Assembly (NCBI RefSeq): GCF_009914755.1
Contig: NC_060940.1
Strand: one strand, 5' to 3'
From: the human T2T-CHM13v2.0 reference genome, Homo sapiens
Length of the DNA stretch: 64,000 nucleotides
In this document: positions 1 to 13,500 of the stretch, piece after piece
How the letters are laid out: every line of letters begins with the position of its first letter
Position numbering within the stretch: the stretch's first letter is position 1
Program-made: the position numbers and the translations under genes
The notes under the pieces: generated by a model
Database searches by the model: none
What the model saw: only the letters and a program-made list of their open reading frames with translations
Told to the model about the DNA's origin: nothing

Positions 1-670
1 CTCCATTTCCAGAATGATGGTGTGGTGTTGAGGGAAGGGAGGAATTTATAATATTGTTCAGAAGAGTTGGCATTCTTCACAGCAGTGTCTCCAAGGAGTA
101 CCACCTTTTCTCTATATATCTGATTCTTCTCCAGAAGCATGGCTTCTCTGAGGCTGCCAAGCCTCTTGCTTGTAGTCAAGTGCTGAGAACTGTCAAAATC
201 ATGACCCATGTTCCTTATTTGACATTTAATTGGAGTTTTTATTTTGGGGTTTTTTTATGCTTCATCTAATTCTTCCATGCCCCTTGATTTTTTTTTTTTT
301 AACCAAATCTATTAAGCCTCCTCTCCCTTGCTTTCCCTACTCACAGGCTTGCAGCAGTTTACAATAGTGGGAGTTACACTTATTTATTTAATTACAGGTC
401 ATTTGAAAATTTTTGTAATAGCCCTTGTCTCTTAGTAATGCCGAAGGTATGGCTCATATGTATTTTATTTTTATTCTTTTTATTGATTCTGTGGTTCTTT
501 GGGGAAGGTGTGTGGTTTCACCATTTTCCTGCAGACCTGGAAGTCAGCCCCATATTACCTTTCAGTATGCGTAAAAAGACAACTACTGTTTATATTATTG
601 TGGCTCATATCCAGGAGCCACAATAGAGTATGAGGTTCCTACCTTATCCAGGCTGTGCTGTTCTCTACAG

Positions 671-775
671 GTTCTTGAGCAGGCCAGAGTGGAAATCCCC
701 CTGTTTCCCTTCAGCATTGTTCAGTTCTCTTTTAAGGCCTTTTCACCTGTCCTCACTGAGGAGATGAACAAAAGG
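671..775 (+). CDS. REXO5: REXO5 internal coding exon (VLEQARVEIP...EEMNKR)
   Basis: ttctctacag|GTT acceptor, AGG|gtaagt donor; 105 nt, phase 0, open frame joining the next exon. Confidence 0.9.
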
Positions 776-1246
776 GTAAGTGAATGGGTTCTGCTGAATG
801 ATTTATTTAGTGACTTATTATAACCTCTCATCATTAAGGAAAGTAATACATGCTTTATTTAATTTGTTGTGTTTTTCTCTAGATTTTTACTATCTGCATA
901 TTAACATTTAAAAATATTTTTATGAAAATGGGAATCAGACTATGCATACTGTTTTGCAACTTTATTTTTTCATTTAACAGTATATCATACATCTTTCTGT
1001 ATCACTACATATCTTATTTCCCTTGTTTTTAATGGCTACATAGTATTCTGCTATATGATATACCTATTAACATTTGTGCTTTATACATTTTTGCTATTAC
1101 AAATAATACTTCAGTGAACATCCTTGGACATTTGGCAAGTATTTATATCAAAAAAATCTTTGGTGAATAATCCCATGCATTGACTCATGATTTCAGTTCT
1201 CTTTCCATATTCATTCCCATACTATATTCTGTTGTTTTTCCTACAG

Positions 1247-1384
1247 ATGAGGATCAAGTGGACAGAGATATCAACTGTCTATGCTGGGCCATTTAGCAAA
1301 AATTGCAATCTCAGGGCTCTGAAGAGGCTGTTTAAAAGCTTTGGCCCAGTCCAGTCAATGACTTTTGTTCTTGAAACCCGTCAG
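1247..1384 (+). CDS. REXO5: REXO5 coding exon, start of first RRM (MRIKWTEISTVYAGPF...VLETRQ)
   Basis: tttttcctacag| acceptor, CAG|gtaaga donor; 138 nt; RNP2-like TVYAGPF followed by LKRLFKSFGPV. Confidence 0.93.
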
Positions 1385-1601
1385 GTAAGACCGGAAAATT
1401 CAGATTTCATTTTCTAGATTAGTGTTAGACATTCAGGTGACTGCTTGGGCCATGCAGATAGCAAATATTCGTAAAGTAAGCTTGATTGCTACCAACTGGA
1501 GTGTGAGACATACTCTAATGAGAGCAGTTGTTGACCCACAAGAATGTATACCCAGTATTGTGAGATCTTTTGTTGTGTGTGTTTAAAGAATTGAGAAATC
1601 T

Positions 1602-1740
1602 GGCTGGGCGCAGTGGCCTATACCTGTAATCCCAGCACTTTGGGAGTTTGAGGAGGGAGGATTGCTTGAGCCCAGGAGTTCAAGACCAGCCTGGGCTCAA
1701 GCAATGTGAGACCACATTGCTACAAACAATTTAAAAACAA
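1602..1740 (+). mobile_element. Alu left monomer (FLAM-like)
   Basis: ggctgggcgcagtgg...tgtaatcccagcactttgggag, single arm with short A tail. Confidence 0.88.
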
Positions 1741-2514
1741 GAATTAAGAAATCTGTCAGTTTTCATATGTTGGCTCCCATTTCTCAAATACCAGGCCATA
1801 CGAAAAAATATGTCTGCTGGTTGAATATAACCTGTGGTCCTTATGATTGTACCTCAGCTTTAAATGATAAAATACTCTTTCAAAAAGAGAAGTAACTTTC
1901 ATATCTTAGAAAGTTACTTCTTTTTTTACATTACAGAGTAGGCTCATGGCTTGCTTGGTTAAGATACAGGAGGAAGATTATGGGAGGGCTTTTGTTGTTA
2001 TTGTTATCTCTTATCTCTTAGGGTAAGTTTTTGGTATTGTAGGTTTGTATTTACATAAAAGCCCTTTAAAGAGATTAGTTTTACTTTAACAAAAATAATA
2101 CTTGCATATGGTTTTAAAAATTTATGTAGTTCAAAAGGACTTCACAAGTTATGTCTCCATCTTCACAGTCATAACAATACCATATCAATAGATAAAGTTT
2201 ATATGTGAAGCAATAACATCATAAGCATATAGAGACATGGAAGAAATCATGAAAAGAAAAATGGAAACAGTGTAATGTAGGATGTTTGTAGAATGATATA
2301 CAATAAAGGTAACAATGGAGGCCTCTAGGGGGAAGAATTAGGCAGCTAGCTAATGGGATTAGGGGAAGACTTCACTGTAAATATATTGTTCCTTTAGAAT
2401 TCGGAACTAGGTAACTATTAAACTGGTGTATTACAATGTATGAAAGTGAAGTAAAAACACTTCTAAAGTGATCTAAGTGCAGGATCCTAGATATTTTAAA
2501 ATGGCTGTCTCTAA

Positions 2515-2810
2515 ATTTTTTAATTTAATTTTTATTTTATTTTTATTTTTGAGACAGAGGCCCAGGCTGCAGTGCAGTGGTGCCATCTTGGCTCACCACA
2601 GCCTCTGCCTCCCCAGTTCAAATGATTTCTCATGCCTCAGCCTCCCAAGTAGCTGAGACGACAGGTATGTGCCCCCACGCCTGGCTAATTTTTGTATTTT
2701 TAGTAGAGACTGGGTTTCACCATATTGGCCAGGCTGGTCGCGAACTCCTGACCTCAAGTGATCCACCTCCCAAAGTGCTGGGATTACAGGCATGAGCCAC
2801 TGCACCCAGC
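2515..2810 (-). mobile_element. Alu (antisense)
   Basis: T-rich tail followed by reverse Alu consensus. Confidence 0.92.
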
Positions 2811-2959
2811 TTCCAAATCTTTTATTAATGGCTTTTCTATGACTAAAAATAAAAATACAAAGATTGTCCCTGAGAAGATGGATTGGGGGATGAGAAGTGT
2901 ATAGCAAGGGACTATAACATCTTCCTTTCTCTTGGCCCCTTTTTTTGGTTGCGGGGGTG

Positions 2960-4385
<1,426 letters not shown>

Positions 4386-4849
4386 CTATGGGAAGGCTTT
4401 TATCTCCATATTGATGCTATGGCTCAGATAATCACAAAGATTTAGTTACTCCGAGTTAACAAACAGAAAAGCAGACCATTTGAAGATGTAGCCTATCCAG
4501 TGGAAGAACTTATCCTTCCCAAGCTTATAAAGTTAAGCCAAAAGACAAATGGGAATCTCTGCCCGTGACTTGCAGTGATGACTTTAGTGATGCATAATAA
4601 ATATTATGAAAAGCCTGTTGGGTAGTTCCATTTTAAATGACAAAGTTATTTGTTGTCTGAAAGCTAGTTTCTGAACTTTGATGATCCCATTTAAAGTTGA
4701 CAGTTTACAATCAATACTTGTGTAGCCCAGCACAGTAAAGGCATCCATTCTGGTGGCTTTGGCCACTGTAGTTTGAATCCTTTCCCCAACCCCTTCTTTA
4801 GCAGTTTGAGCTGGAAAGCAATGATGAGGAAATCTTGGTCTTTCTGCAG

Positions 4850-4942
4850 CCTCATCTCTGTATACAGTATGAAGTCCTAGAAGCTGCCCAGCTGGCCATA
4901 GAATCCTTGGATGGTATTCTGGTAGATGGTATCTGCATCAAG
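4850..4942 (+). CDS. REXO5: REXO5 coding exon, second half of first RRM (PHLCIQYEVLEAAQLAIESLDG...CIK)
   Basis: tttctgcag| acceptor, AAG|gtaggg donor; 93 nt, phase 0; RRM helix-2 pattern AAQLAIESLDG. Confidence 0.92.
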
Positions 4943-5544
4943 GTAGGGTGACAAGAGAAAGCCCCCTTTGCTTGGGTCTGGCCTACCACAGCCTGTATTT
5001 ATAGTGCCCCAGGACATATAGGAAACACTCTCAAGAGGCCCACGCACAAGACTTTGTTATGGAAAGTCTTCAGCCAAGTCTAACATTCTCCTACTGGCAG
5101 TGATTGAAGACATAACGGCTTTCATTTGTGTCAGAAATCATCCTGGGCTAGATTTGGGTCTTCCTTGCATTCTTTGTTACTACTTAAGTCCCCTGTGGTT
5201 TATTCTGGTTGGTTCTTTGTGGTTACCCTTTTCTTCACCTTTCAGGGAGATCAAATGGTGGTATTTTGAAGTTTCTTGTGCACATAAACAGAATTTCATT
5301 AAGGGTGGGAGGCAGGAAACTGAAGAGAATATGTTTACATGAAAATATGTATTTATCAATTAAGTCTCTAACATAATTCTGTGAGGCCATTATCTTTAGT
5401 TTCCTTTTACAGAAAAGAAAAGAAACGGAAAATTTTAGGAAACTGAAAAATGAAGTTATTAGTAATGGCAACAACTTGCTAGTATCCAATAGGCCTGAGG
5501 ATTAAATTGATTTTCTACCACTAACACCAACTTTCCTTGGTTAG

Positions 5545-5761
5545 GTGCAGAGGCCTGTGACAGAGCTCACGCTTGATTGTGACACCCTCGTGAATGAGCT
5601 GGAAGGAGATTCTGAAAACCAAGGCTCTATATATCTGTCTGGAGTGAGTGAAACCTTCAAAGAACAGCTATTGCAGGAGCCCCGCCTCTTTCTTGGCCTG
5701 GAAGCTGTGATCTTGCCTAAAGATCTTAAAAGTGGAAAGCAGAAAAAATACTGTTTCCTGA
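5545..5761 (+). CDS. REXO5: REXO5 coding exon, start of second RRM (VQRPVTELTL...KKYCFL)
   Basis: ttggttag| acceptor, A|gtaagt donor; 217 nt ending in phase 1; RNP2-like SIYLSGV and RNP1-like KYCFL(K)F. Confidence 0.93.
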
Positions 5762-5969
5762 GTAAGTCTATGCTACTGAATGTAGCTTTGGGGAAGGAAA
5801 CTGGGGATGGTGATAACATGAGGTCAGAGAAAGGAAGATTCACCTCCTGGGCTGGACCAGGGCAGCAGTTCCTGATTCTGTCCTTCTCCTTTGACCCTGG
5901 CCAGGCAGCTTGGATGGTGATCAGCTTTCTTGGCCCTTAATAACATAAGGTGGGGGTTCTTGCTTTCAG

Positions 5970-6157
5970 AATTCAAAAGTTTTGGCAGTGCCCAGCAGGC
6001 CCTCAACATTCTCACAGGCAAGGACTGGAAGCTGAAAGGCAGGCATGCCCTAACCCCCAGGCACCTCCATGCCTGGCTCAGAGGCTTACCACCTGAATCA
6101 ACAAGGCTCCCAGGGCTTCGTGTTGTACCTCCCCCCTTTGAACAGGAGGCCTTGCAG
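5970..6157 (+). CDS. REXO5: REXO5 coding exon (FKSFGSAQQALNIL...EQEALQ)
   Basis: tgctttcag| acceptor, CAG|gtgagt donor; 188 nt; phase matches the previous exon. Confidence 0.93.
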
Positions 6158-6433
6158 GTGAGTGAGTGAAGGCGTCTTGGAGAAGATGTCAGGAGAGTCC
6201 TGCTCAGTGACACTTAATCCTTTAATCTTTTTTTTTTTTCTACCCTGGCCCTCAGTCTTATTTCACTCTCCAGCTTCCTCCAGTCCTGGCCACATCTTTT
6301 CTCGCAGATCTCTCATACTTTTGCCCCCACCATACCTGCTAAACTTAGTTTTTTAGTCTTCCAGATCTCCAAGGGACTTTGAAGGACAAAGGCAGGAAGT
6401 CAGAGAGCTGGACAATTATTCAGTGATCTAGTC

Positions 6434-6745
6434 TAGGGTTTCCCAAAGTGTGGTATATACACAAGATAAATTGTGGTTGTCATAGATGGTCTTTTCTTTT
6501 TTGTTTTCACTTTTATGATTATGGACTTGTCCGTCTTTTTATTATATCTAAGACATCTGAATGGACTTGTTTTGCTAATACTTGTTAAAGTATACAATAA
6601 CTACATTGAGCCTATGATTTTGTGGATGGCATTAGTTAGACAAGGCTAAGGAAGAAATTAACTCACTTTATGGAAAAATGTTAGAGGGATATACAAGCAG
6701 AAGAGTGGAGGTAGAAGGTAAATGGCTGAAGCTTGGGAAACCCTG
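6434..6745. mobile_element. Probable hAT-Charlie-type non-autonomous DNA element within a MIR-like region
   Basis: Terminal inverted repeats agggtttcccaa / ttgggaaaccct with similar flanks tctagtc / tcttagtc. Confidence 0.6.
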
Positions 6746-7136
6746 TCTTAGTCTAATCTCTCATACTTAACAGATGAAAAGTAGGGGCTAGAGTTGGTAA
6801 GTCACTTGCCCAAGGTCACAAAGAGACTTAATGGCAGAAGCCAGACTAGACCCCTCATCAGCAATGTGGCTCCCCTAGCTTGGGGTCTTGGAAGACCCAT
6901 GTGGAGGAAAGGACAGTAGCTGTCCTCCCCTGAGGAAGTCCTTAGCCAACTTGGAGGCCTGGGGATGCTGGGTCAGCAGAGAACCTGCAGTGTGGGCTCC
7001 AGTGTTAGAAAAGGGATTTGTCTGGAACCTTTACTGGAATCCCATAGCCTTAGAGGCAGAGGAAGAGTGTTGCAGCCCTTCCAAAGGTAACGAGAGAGTG
7101 TTCTGGCTGAGTATCGACACATGGCTTTGATCCCAG

Positions 7137-7255
7137 ACTCTGAAACTGGACCACCCGAAGATAGCAGCCTGGCGCTGGAGCCGGAAGATTGGAAAGCTCT
7201 ACAACAGCTTGTGCCCGGGCACTCTCTGCCTCATCCTGCTGCCAGGAACCAAGAG
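7137..7255 (+). CDS. REXO5: REXO5 penultimate coding exon (TLKLDHPKIAAWRWSRKIG...PGTK)
   Basis: tttgatcccag| acceptor, AG|gtaagg donor; 119 nt ending in phase 2. Confidence 0.9.
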
Positions 7256-8043
7256 GTAAGGACTAGAAAGGGTATCCCTTCAGGACTCTGTCCCCTGGAT
7301 TTCAGCTGTTCTTAGAGAAAAAGCCTTTTGCTGATATTTAGGCACATAGTGAGGACTTACATGAATCATCTCTTTAATTTTCACCGTTCTAAAAGATAGG
7401 CATTGTATTCCCATTTCACATTTATATGCTCTTGTATAACTACATTTATTGGTCCCTCAAGGAGATAATTTATCCCCAGTTAAAACCAGGAGTCTTATGT
7501 CCTTACTGCTCTCTGGAGTAAGAAGTAGCTGCTAACCCCACTTGAGTAAAAAAAGTAAAGTCTCAGAACAAGCCCTAGGCTTAGGTGTAACCACTCTACA
7601 TGTGAGGAATGTGTTCCTGCCTTCTGTACCCTTTTCCCCATTGACACCTATGTTTTAAGAGATAACAGGGCCTGGTTTGCTGATTCTAAGCCTGAGGAAT
7701 ACTGGAGCAGGACTTTGAGTCTAGTTGCAGCTTTATCACCTATCTCCTCTGACAAGTGGCCAAGCTACTTCCCCACTGTAGGTCTCAATGTCCTTTTAGT
7801 AACATGAGGGATTTGGAATAAATCAGTTGATTTTCAAACCCTTTTAACTGTAAACCCTTTCTTTAAAGAAAAACTGATATTAAATCTTAAAGCATAAAGA
7901 TGGGCAGTTTTGGAATGAGTGAGTGGGCAGCTAAATGAATGAGTGTATATTGGGGAAGGGAGGGAAAGATGGTGGCTTTTTTGAACAGTGTGAAAACCTT
8001 GGGTTGTGTTAATTTTTAAAAGTCCCTTGAGATTCTGACATCT

Positions 8044-8370
<327 letters not shown>

Positions 8371-9834
8371 GATTCTTACATTCTAGGAGTTGACAGAGCA
8401 TGAATACCTCTGGCCTTGAAGGTGGATCAGAAGAAATTCATTTCCTAGCATAAAGTTCTTATAACATGCATCTGAGGACCATTAGGGAGATGGTCTACCT
8501 ACTGGGCACCTTTGAAAGAACCGCTTTCTCTGAAAAGCAGAAACAAGTATTAGGTGCTTACATTGAGGGGAAAAAAAATCTTAGACCAACATACTTTAAA
8601 CAGGCTTGTGGGTAAGCTAACAGGAACAGGTTAAAAAGTGACCACAAGTTGCCAGTAAAAGCTTTTTGGTTAAGATGTGGGCTCTGGGGAACAGACAGAC
8701 TTGCTCCTCAGGGGCAGTGTATGGTGGTAGGTGGACTGGGTTTTCATGTTCTCACGTAGAATACTTAGATTACAGTCCACCATTGTTTAGGTAAACTAAG
8801 TCAAGAGTAGCCCAAATCATTGTTCTTCCTGGATGTTCCACAGAGGGTGAAGCCAGAGGAGGAAGTGCTGGGGTCAGGGAGCAAAAACACTTAAGTTGTG
8901 ACTGAGACAAAGGTCCTAAGTTTGACAAGTCAGTAGAATTAAGCACCCCCTGGAAGCAGCAAATCCTGTGGTGAAGAAACCTGAACTACTCCTATCCTTT
9001 AAAAGTCACATTCTGATTTCTGTAGACATATTGATCAAACTCAGCAGCAGTAGCATGCATTTCCCCAGGCTGTGGAAGCTTGCTGTGTGACTGACTTCTC
9101 TGGGCCTTGTTTGTGCAGTTGTGTCCGTGATGGCAGCAGATACTCTTGGGAAACGTTGGGGAAAAAAGGAATAGCAAAAACAATAGAAGGTTTCCTTAGG
9201 CTGGGGTCTTGATGCAGCTCTTAATCCTTACATTTTTGGTAGCTTCTTAAATTAATATTGAAAACAACAGTAATGTATTAAACCCAGGTACTGTGCTAAA
9301 TGCTTCTATATGCATTTTTGGTTGAGGTTGTCAGAATCTTTACTGAACAAGTGGAGAAAAAGTCTCAGATTAACCAATTTTCCTAGGGTCACATAGCTAG
9401 TAAGTGCATAGTCAGGACTTGTACCCTGATGGTGTGTCTGACTCCAGAGCAACTCTCCTGCCCTCAAAGCTCTAGTTCTCCATACACAAAAGTCTAGTGT
9501 TTGCATGTTTAAGTTCATACATCAGGTGGAGACAGATTCTGTGTTTGTCTTTGCTCATTTCTACCTGCTTTGCCTCAGAGAGCTCCTCAACGCTGACCCA
9601 GTTCCATGAATATTCATTACAAGGTGGCAGGGAACTAACAAGTATTGAAGGCTCCTAAATTCCAAGCACCACACCAGGTTTTTTACAACAAACATTGTTA
9701 AATAAGTTAATGTTTTGTAACTTTTTTAAACAGCCTCTGGCACCTAGCAGGTGCTACAAAAGTATGGAATGAACAAAGACTAAGACTCTTTAACAGCAAC
9801 TTATAAGGGATCTAATGACAGATTGCTATTATTG

Positions 9835-10020
9835 ATATCCTGGTTCTGTCACTTAACAGTTGTGTGACTTCAGCAAGTCATATAATGTCTATGAGCTTTT
9901 TTATTTTTTAAATGAGGATAACACTTGTACCTACATCAGTGAGCAGTTTTGAGGATTAAATGAGACAAGTGCTTAGAACAACTCTTGGCATGTAGTAAGT
10001 GCTCAGTGTATGTTTGCTAT
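9835..10020. mobile_element. MIR fragment
   Basis: tgtgtgacttcagcaagtca...gaggattaaatgaga...gcttagaaca MIR core. Confidence 0.75.
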
Positions 10021-10313
10021 TGTCGATAGTCTTCACCAAATCCCTGTGAGATAGTAATTTAAATATTTCATAGTTTTATAGATATGCCTCATATCTCTTA
10101 ATTGGTAAAGGTAGGATTTGAATCTAGACCTCTGAGACTCATCAGTGCTTTTTCCATTAAACCATCTTCAGCAGGCAGCTTTCCATAAACCTTCCTGCCC
10201 TTGCCCCATGGCACACACACATACTTGGAAAAATATCTCCTCTAACTAGGCATTTATAACCATTCATTCAACCTTATGGATAAAAACATACCTTTGTTTC
10301 TTATTTATTGCAG

Positions 10314-10395
10314 CACTCATGGTTCACTCTCTGGTCTAGGACTGATGGGAATAAAAGAGGAAGAAGAAAGCGCTGGCCCAGGCCTGTGTTCGTGA
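10314..10395 (+). CDS. REXO5: REXO5 last coding exon (STHGSLSGLGLMGIKEEEESAGPGLCS*)
   Basis: ttatttattgcag| acceptor; completes the phase-2 codon; TGA at 10393-10395, followed by a short 3' UTR. Confidence 0.9.
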
Positions 10396-10555
10396 GTCGG
10401 CCTGCCATGTTTCCATGTGCCATTTCTTACCCCTTGTAGGCAATGGCAAAGAATGTGGTCAGGCTGTAGCCTCCCCAACCAGCAGACAGCTTTATGGAAA
10501 CTTGGTATAGCAGCTAAAAGAGTTTAGTTTGTTTATATGGCATGTATAAGTTTTC

Positions 10556-10561
10556 AATAAA
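10556..10561 (+). terminator. REXO5: REXO5 polyadenylation signal AATAAA
   Basis: AATAAA 160 nt after the stop, with a GT/T-rich element (ttgtttctttgtgt) downstream at ~10600. Confidence 0.85.
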
Positions 10562-13500
10562 TGCCTAAAGTTCAAGCATAGTATGGGGATGTCCACAGAT
10601 TGTTTCTTTGTGTCATTGAGTTTATGTGCATAGGTGCGGTACAAGGTGCTCATTCCATGTAGCACCCCTATTACGTGGTATATACTGCTAAGGAAACCAA
10701 GAGGAGTGATTACTCAGAAAACCAGCCGATTATGCAATTTGTCAAAGTTGTAATGTCTGTGAAGCAAATTTCTTTAAACTGTTTTCTTATTGACAACTCT
10801 TAAAAAATTGAAGGACAATGATAGCTGAACTGAGAAATCTGGCAAGTCCACCAGGCAGTGGAGTGGAAGATTCTTTTAGTTTTTTTAACCAGCCCTGGAA
10901 ACCCCTTCCATTCCACGTTTAGGAATCCTCCTTCCCTTCAGAACATGACTGCAGTGCCACCCTTCACCAGTAGGTGCCTCCATCACACCATCTCTCCCTC
11001 TAGGAACTGGAAACTTGAAATTCAGTAAAAGCCGTTTTAATCAACTCTCAAACTGATAACAATCTGTGTTGGAAAGGACATGGGGCATAGGCACCCAATT
11101 CCAAAACTACTAGAAATATTAACTGCCCTCCAGAAAAGATGAATCTGGCATACAGTATGTATCATACCCAAAAACCTCGTAAATTGCTCTGTACACTGAG
11201 ACCCTGCAATTCTACAGCATTATCCTAGGATACTAGGATAGCTACACAAAAACATGTAATGAAGGAGCTATCAGAGGGTTATTACAATGGAGTTCTAGGT
11301 AGCCAGTTCTAATGTGTGTGTGAGAGAGAGTAAATAAAATCTTCGGTGAAAGAGATCTTCAAGAAGAGGCAGTAGACCTCTGGATCCAGAATGCTTGACT
11401 TTGAATCCCAGCTTTTTAAATTATTGTGTGAACTTGAATAAATTGCTTAACATTTCTGTGCTTGGGATAATAATGGTATGTATCCGAGAGGATTACAGAT
11501 TAGTGAGATTATACATTCACAGTACTGTATATTATTTGTTGTATGAAGTCTGGAGGGATACAGAATAGCATGTAGTTTGAGTACACTTTTGTAGGAGAAA
11601 ATATACAAAGCTATACATAGGCTTCTAACAAAACCTGCAAGGCTATATGCCAAAACGTTAATAGTATTTATCTATGGCTAGTGCCATTGACAAATCAGGT
11701 TTTAACAAATGCTTTTCTGTTGTAGACTCGATTTTTTTTAACATTCAACATATATTGCTTTTATAATTGGAAAATAATTCTTACCACCTGCTGTCAGGAG
11801 AAGAAAAGAAGAGAAAGATAATTCTACTTAAAATTAACTCTTAGGGTTGGGCAGTTGGAGCAGTGTTTAATCTTATAAATGTAGCTTCATAAGATCTGGT
11901 CCTATATGAAAGTTTAAATGTAGCTTCTGTAAGATCTGGCCCTATGTGGAACCAGAACTGAAGAGCTTGACTTGGGATCAGACACCGCAACTTGATTCAA
12001 GTCCCTTCATCAGGAGGAAAGTTCCCTAGGTGAATTGCCAACTTCCGCTGCAAGGCCCTGAGAACAACTTGAAACTGACAGTGTTGTTGGGTTCCTTCCT
12101 GCCCAGCTGAGCTCCAAAGCTGTGAGAGCTTAGCTGCTGTTTACCTCTTGAGGCTCAAGTCCTGAGAGATAAATTAAGTGTCTGCCTCGGATATGAAGAG
12201 GCCTGGGTTGGAGCTTCACCTCCCACACACACCTGAGTATTTTGGGGCAAGTCACTTAACCTCATTTGAGGCTATTTCCACAGCTGTATAAAATAAGGAA
12301 ATAACTATTTTGATTATTGAGACATTTGTGGAAAATAACACAGTAATGCACTATGTGTGAATTAATTTCCCTCTCTGGGCCTGTTTCCTCACCTTTAAAA
12401 TAGGGGAAATTAGTACTTCATAAGGTTATGAGGATTAAACTAGGAAAAGTCAAGATTGAGTGCTGAATAAATGACATACTATTTTACTAGGGATCATCTC
12501 CCTGTACCAAGAGCACTCCACTTGCTCTCAAGAATAGCCAAGGCCATCTTTTTCTTAGGAAAAAGGGTAGGGGTGGAGGTTTCCCCAGGGATCCAACTCC
12601 AGAACTCTGCAGAGATGGGCCTGCACTACAAGGCCTCTGAGACTTCAGTCTGCACACTCTGTTCTTTAGCCTGATGCTCCACCTTTTGGAAGCCAAAGCT
12701 GCCAACTTGGCCTCTTGCAAAACACACATTCCATTCATAAGTGCGTTTGTGCATTTTTCCTCCCACACCCTTCTAGGCAGCCAGCGCAGAGCTGCCAAGG
12801 CAGCTGCTGGAGAAGCAGCTTCTTATGGGGGAAAAGCAACTCCAAGGGCTTTTACAGAACTCATGGTTTAGGCTTTGAACACATTACTCCCATTTTCTGG
12901 TCTCCTTGACCATAGGGGGGGTTGTTCATTTCTTTTTGCCCCCCTTTTTGTAAATAACCTCTTCCCTATTAAAAGGAAACCTATTAATGAAAATTTGAAA
13001 AATACAGAAAAATTTAAATCACAACTGATCCCACCATCAACAGTCAATGACTGCCAATATTTTATAATCGATCAACTTTTTCCATGATGATAGAAATTCT
13101 ATTATTCAAAAGCAGAGTTTTAATAGCTGTGTAATATTCTAGCATTGATGTATGCCATAATTTCTAAAACAGTCCCTTTTGTTGACCTTGGAAGTTGTTC
13201 CCAAATGATGCTGCCAGTGATATCCTTGCACATACATCCTTGGGAGATATTTCTTTTAGGAAAAGTGCCTAAGTGAAATTATTGGGTTAAAGAGTACGAA
13301 CACATGCTTTTAACTCCAGAAAGGATTTTACTGTTTACTAGCATAGATTTCTTTCAAATTTTTGCCATTTAAAATTTTTCATTGTATATTTAATGTCTGC
13401 TTATTTGAATACCCTTTAGATTGGCATCCTGCTTTTTTTCCCAGAAGCTTTTTGGTAAATTATTTTTCCTAAGTGAGTTGTTCATATCCTTTGCCATTTT

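Noticed and set aside
1888-1927. 13-bp perfect hairpin followed by a T run, resembling an intrinsic terminator
   Set aside because: AT-rich stem in a eukaryotic intron; there is no rho-independent termination here, so it is likely a chance or template-switch palindrome.
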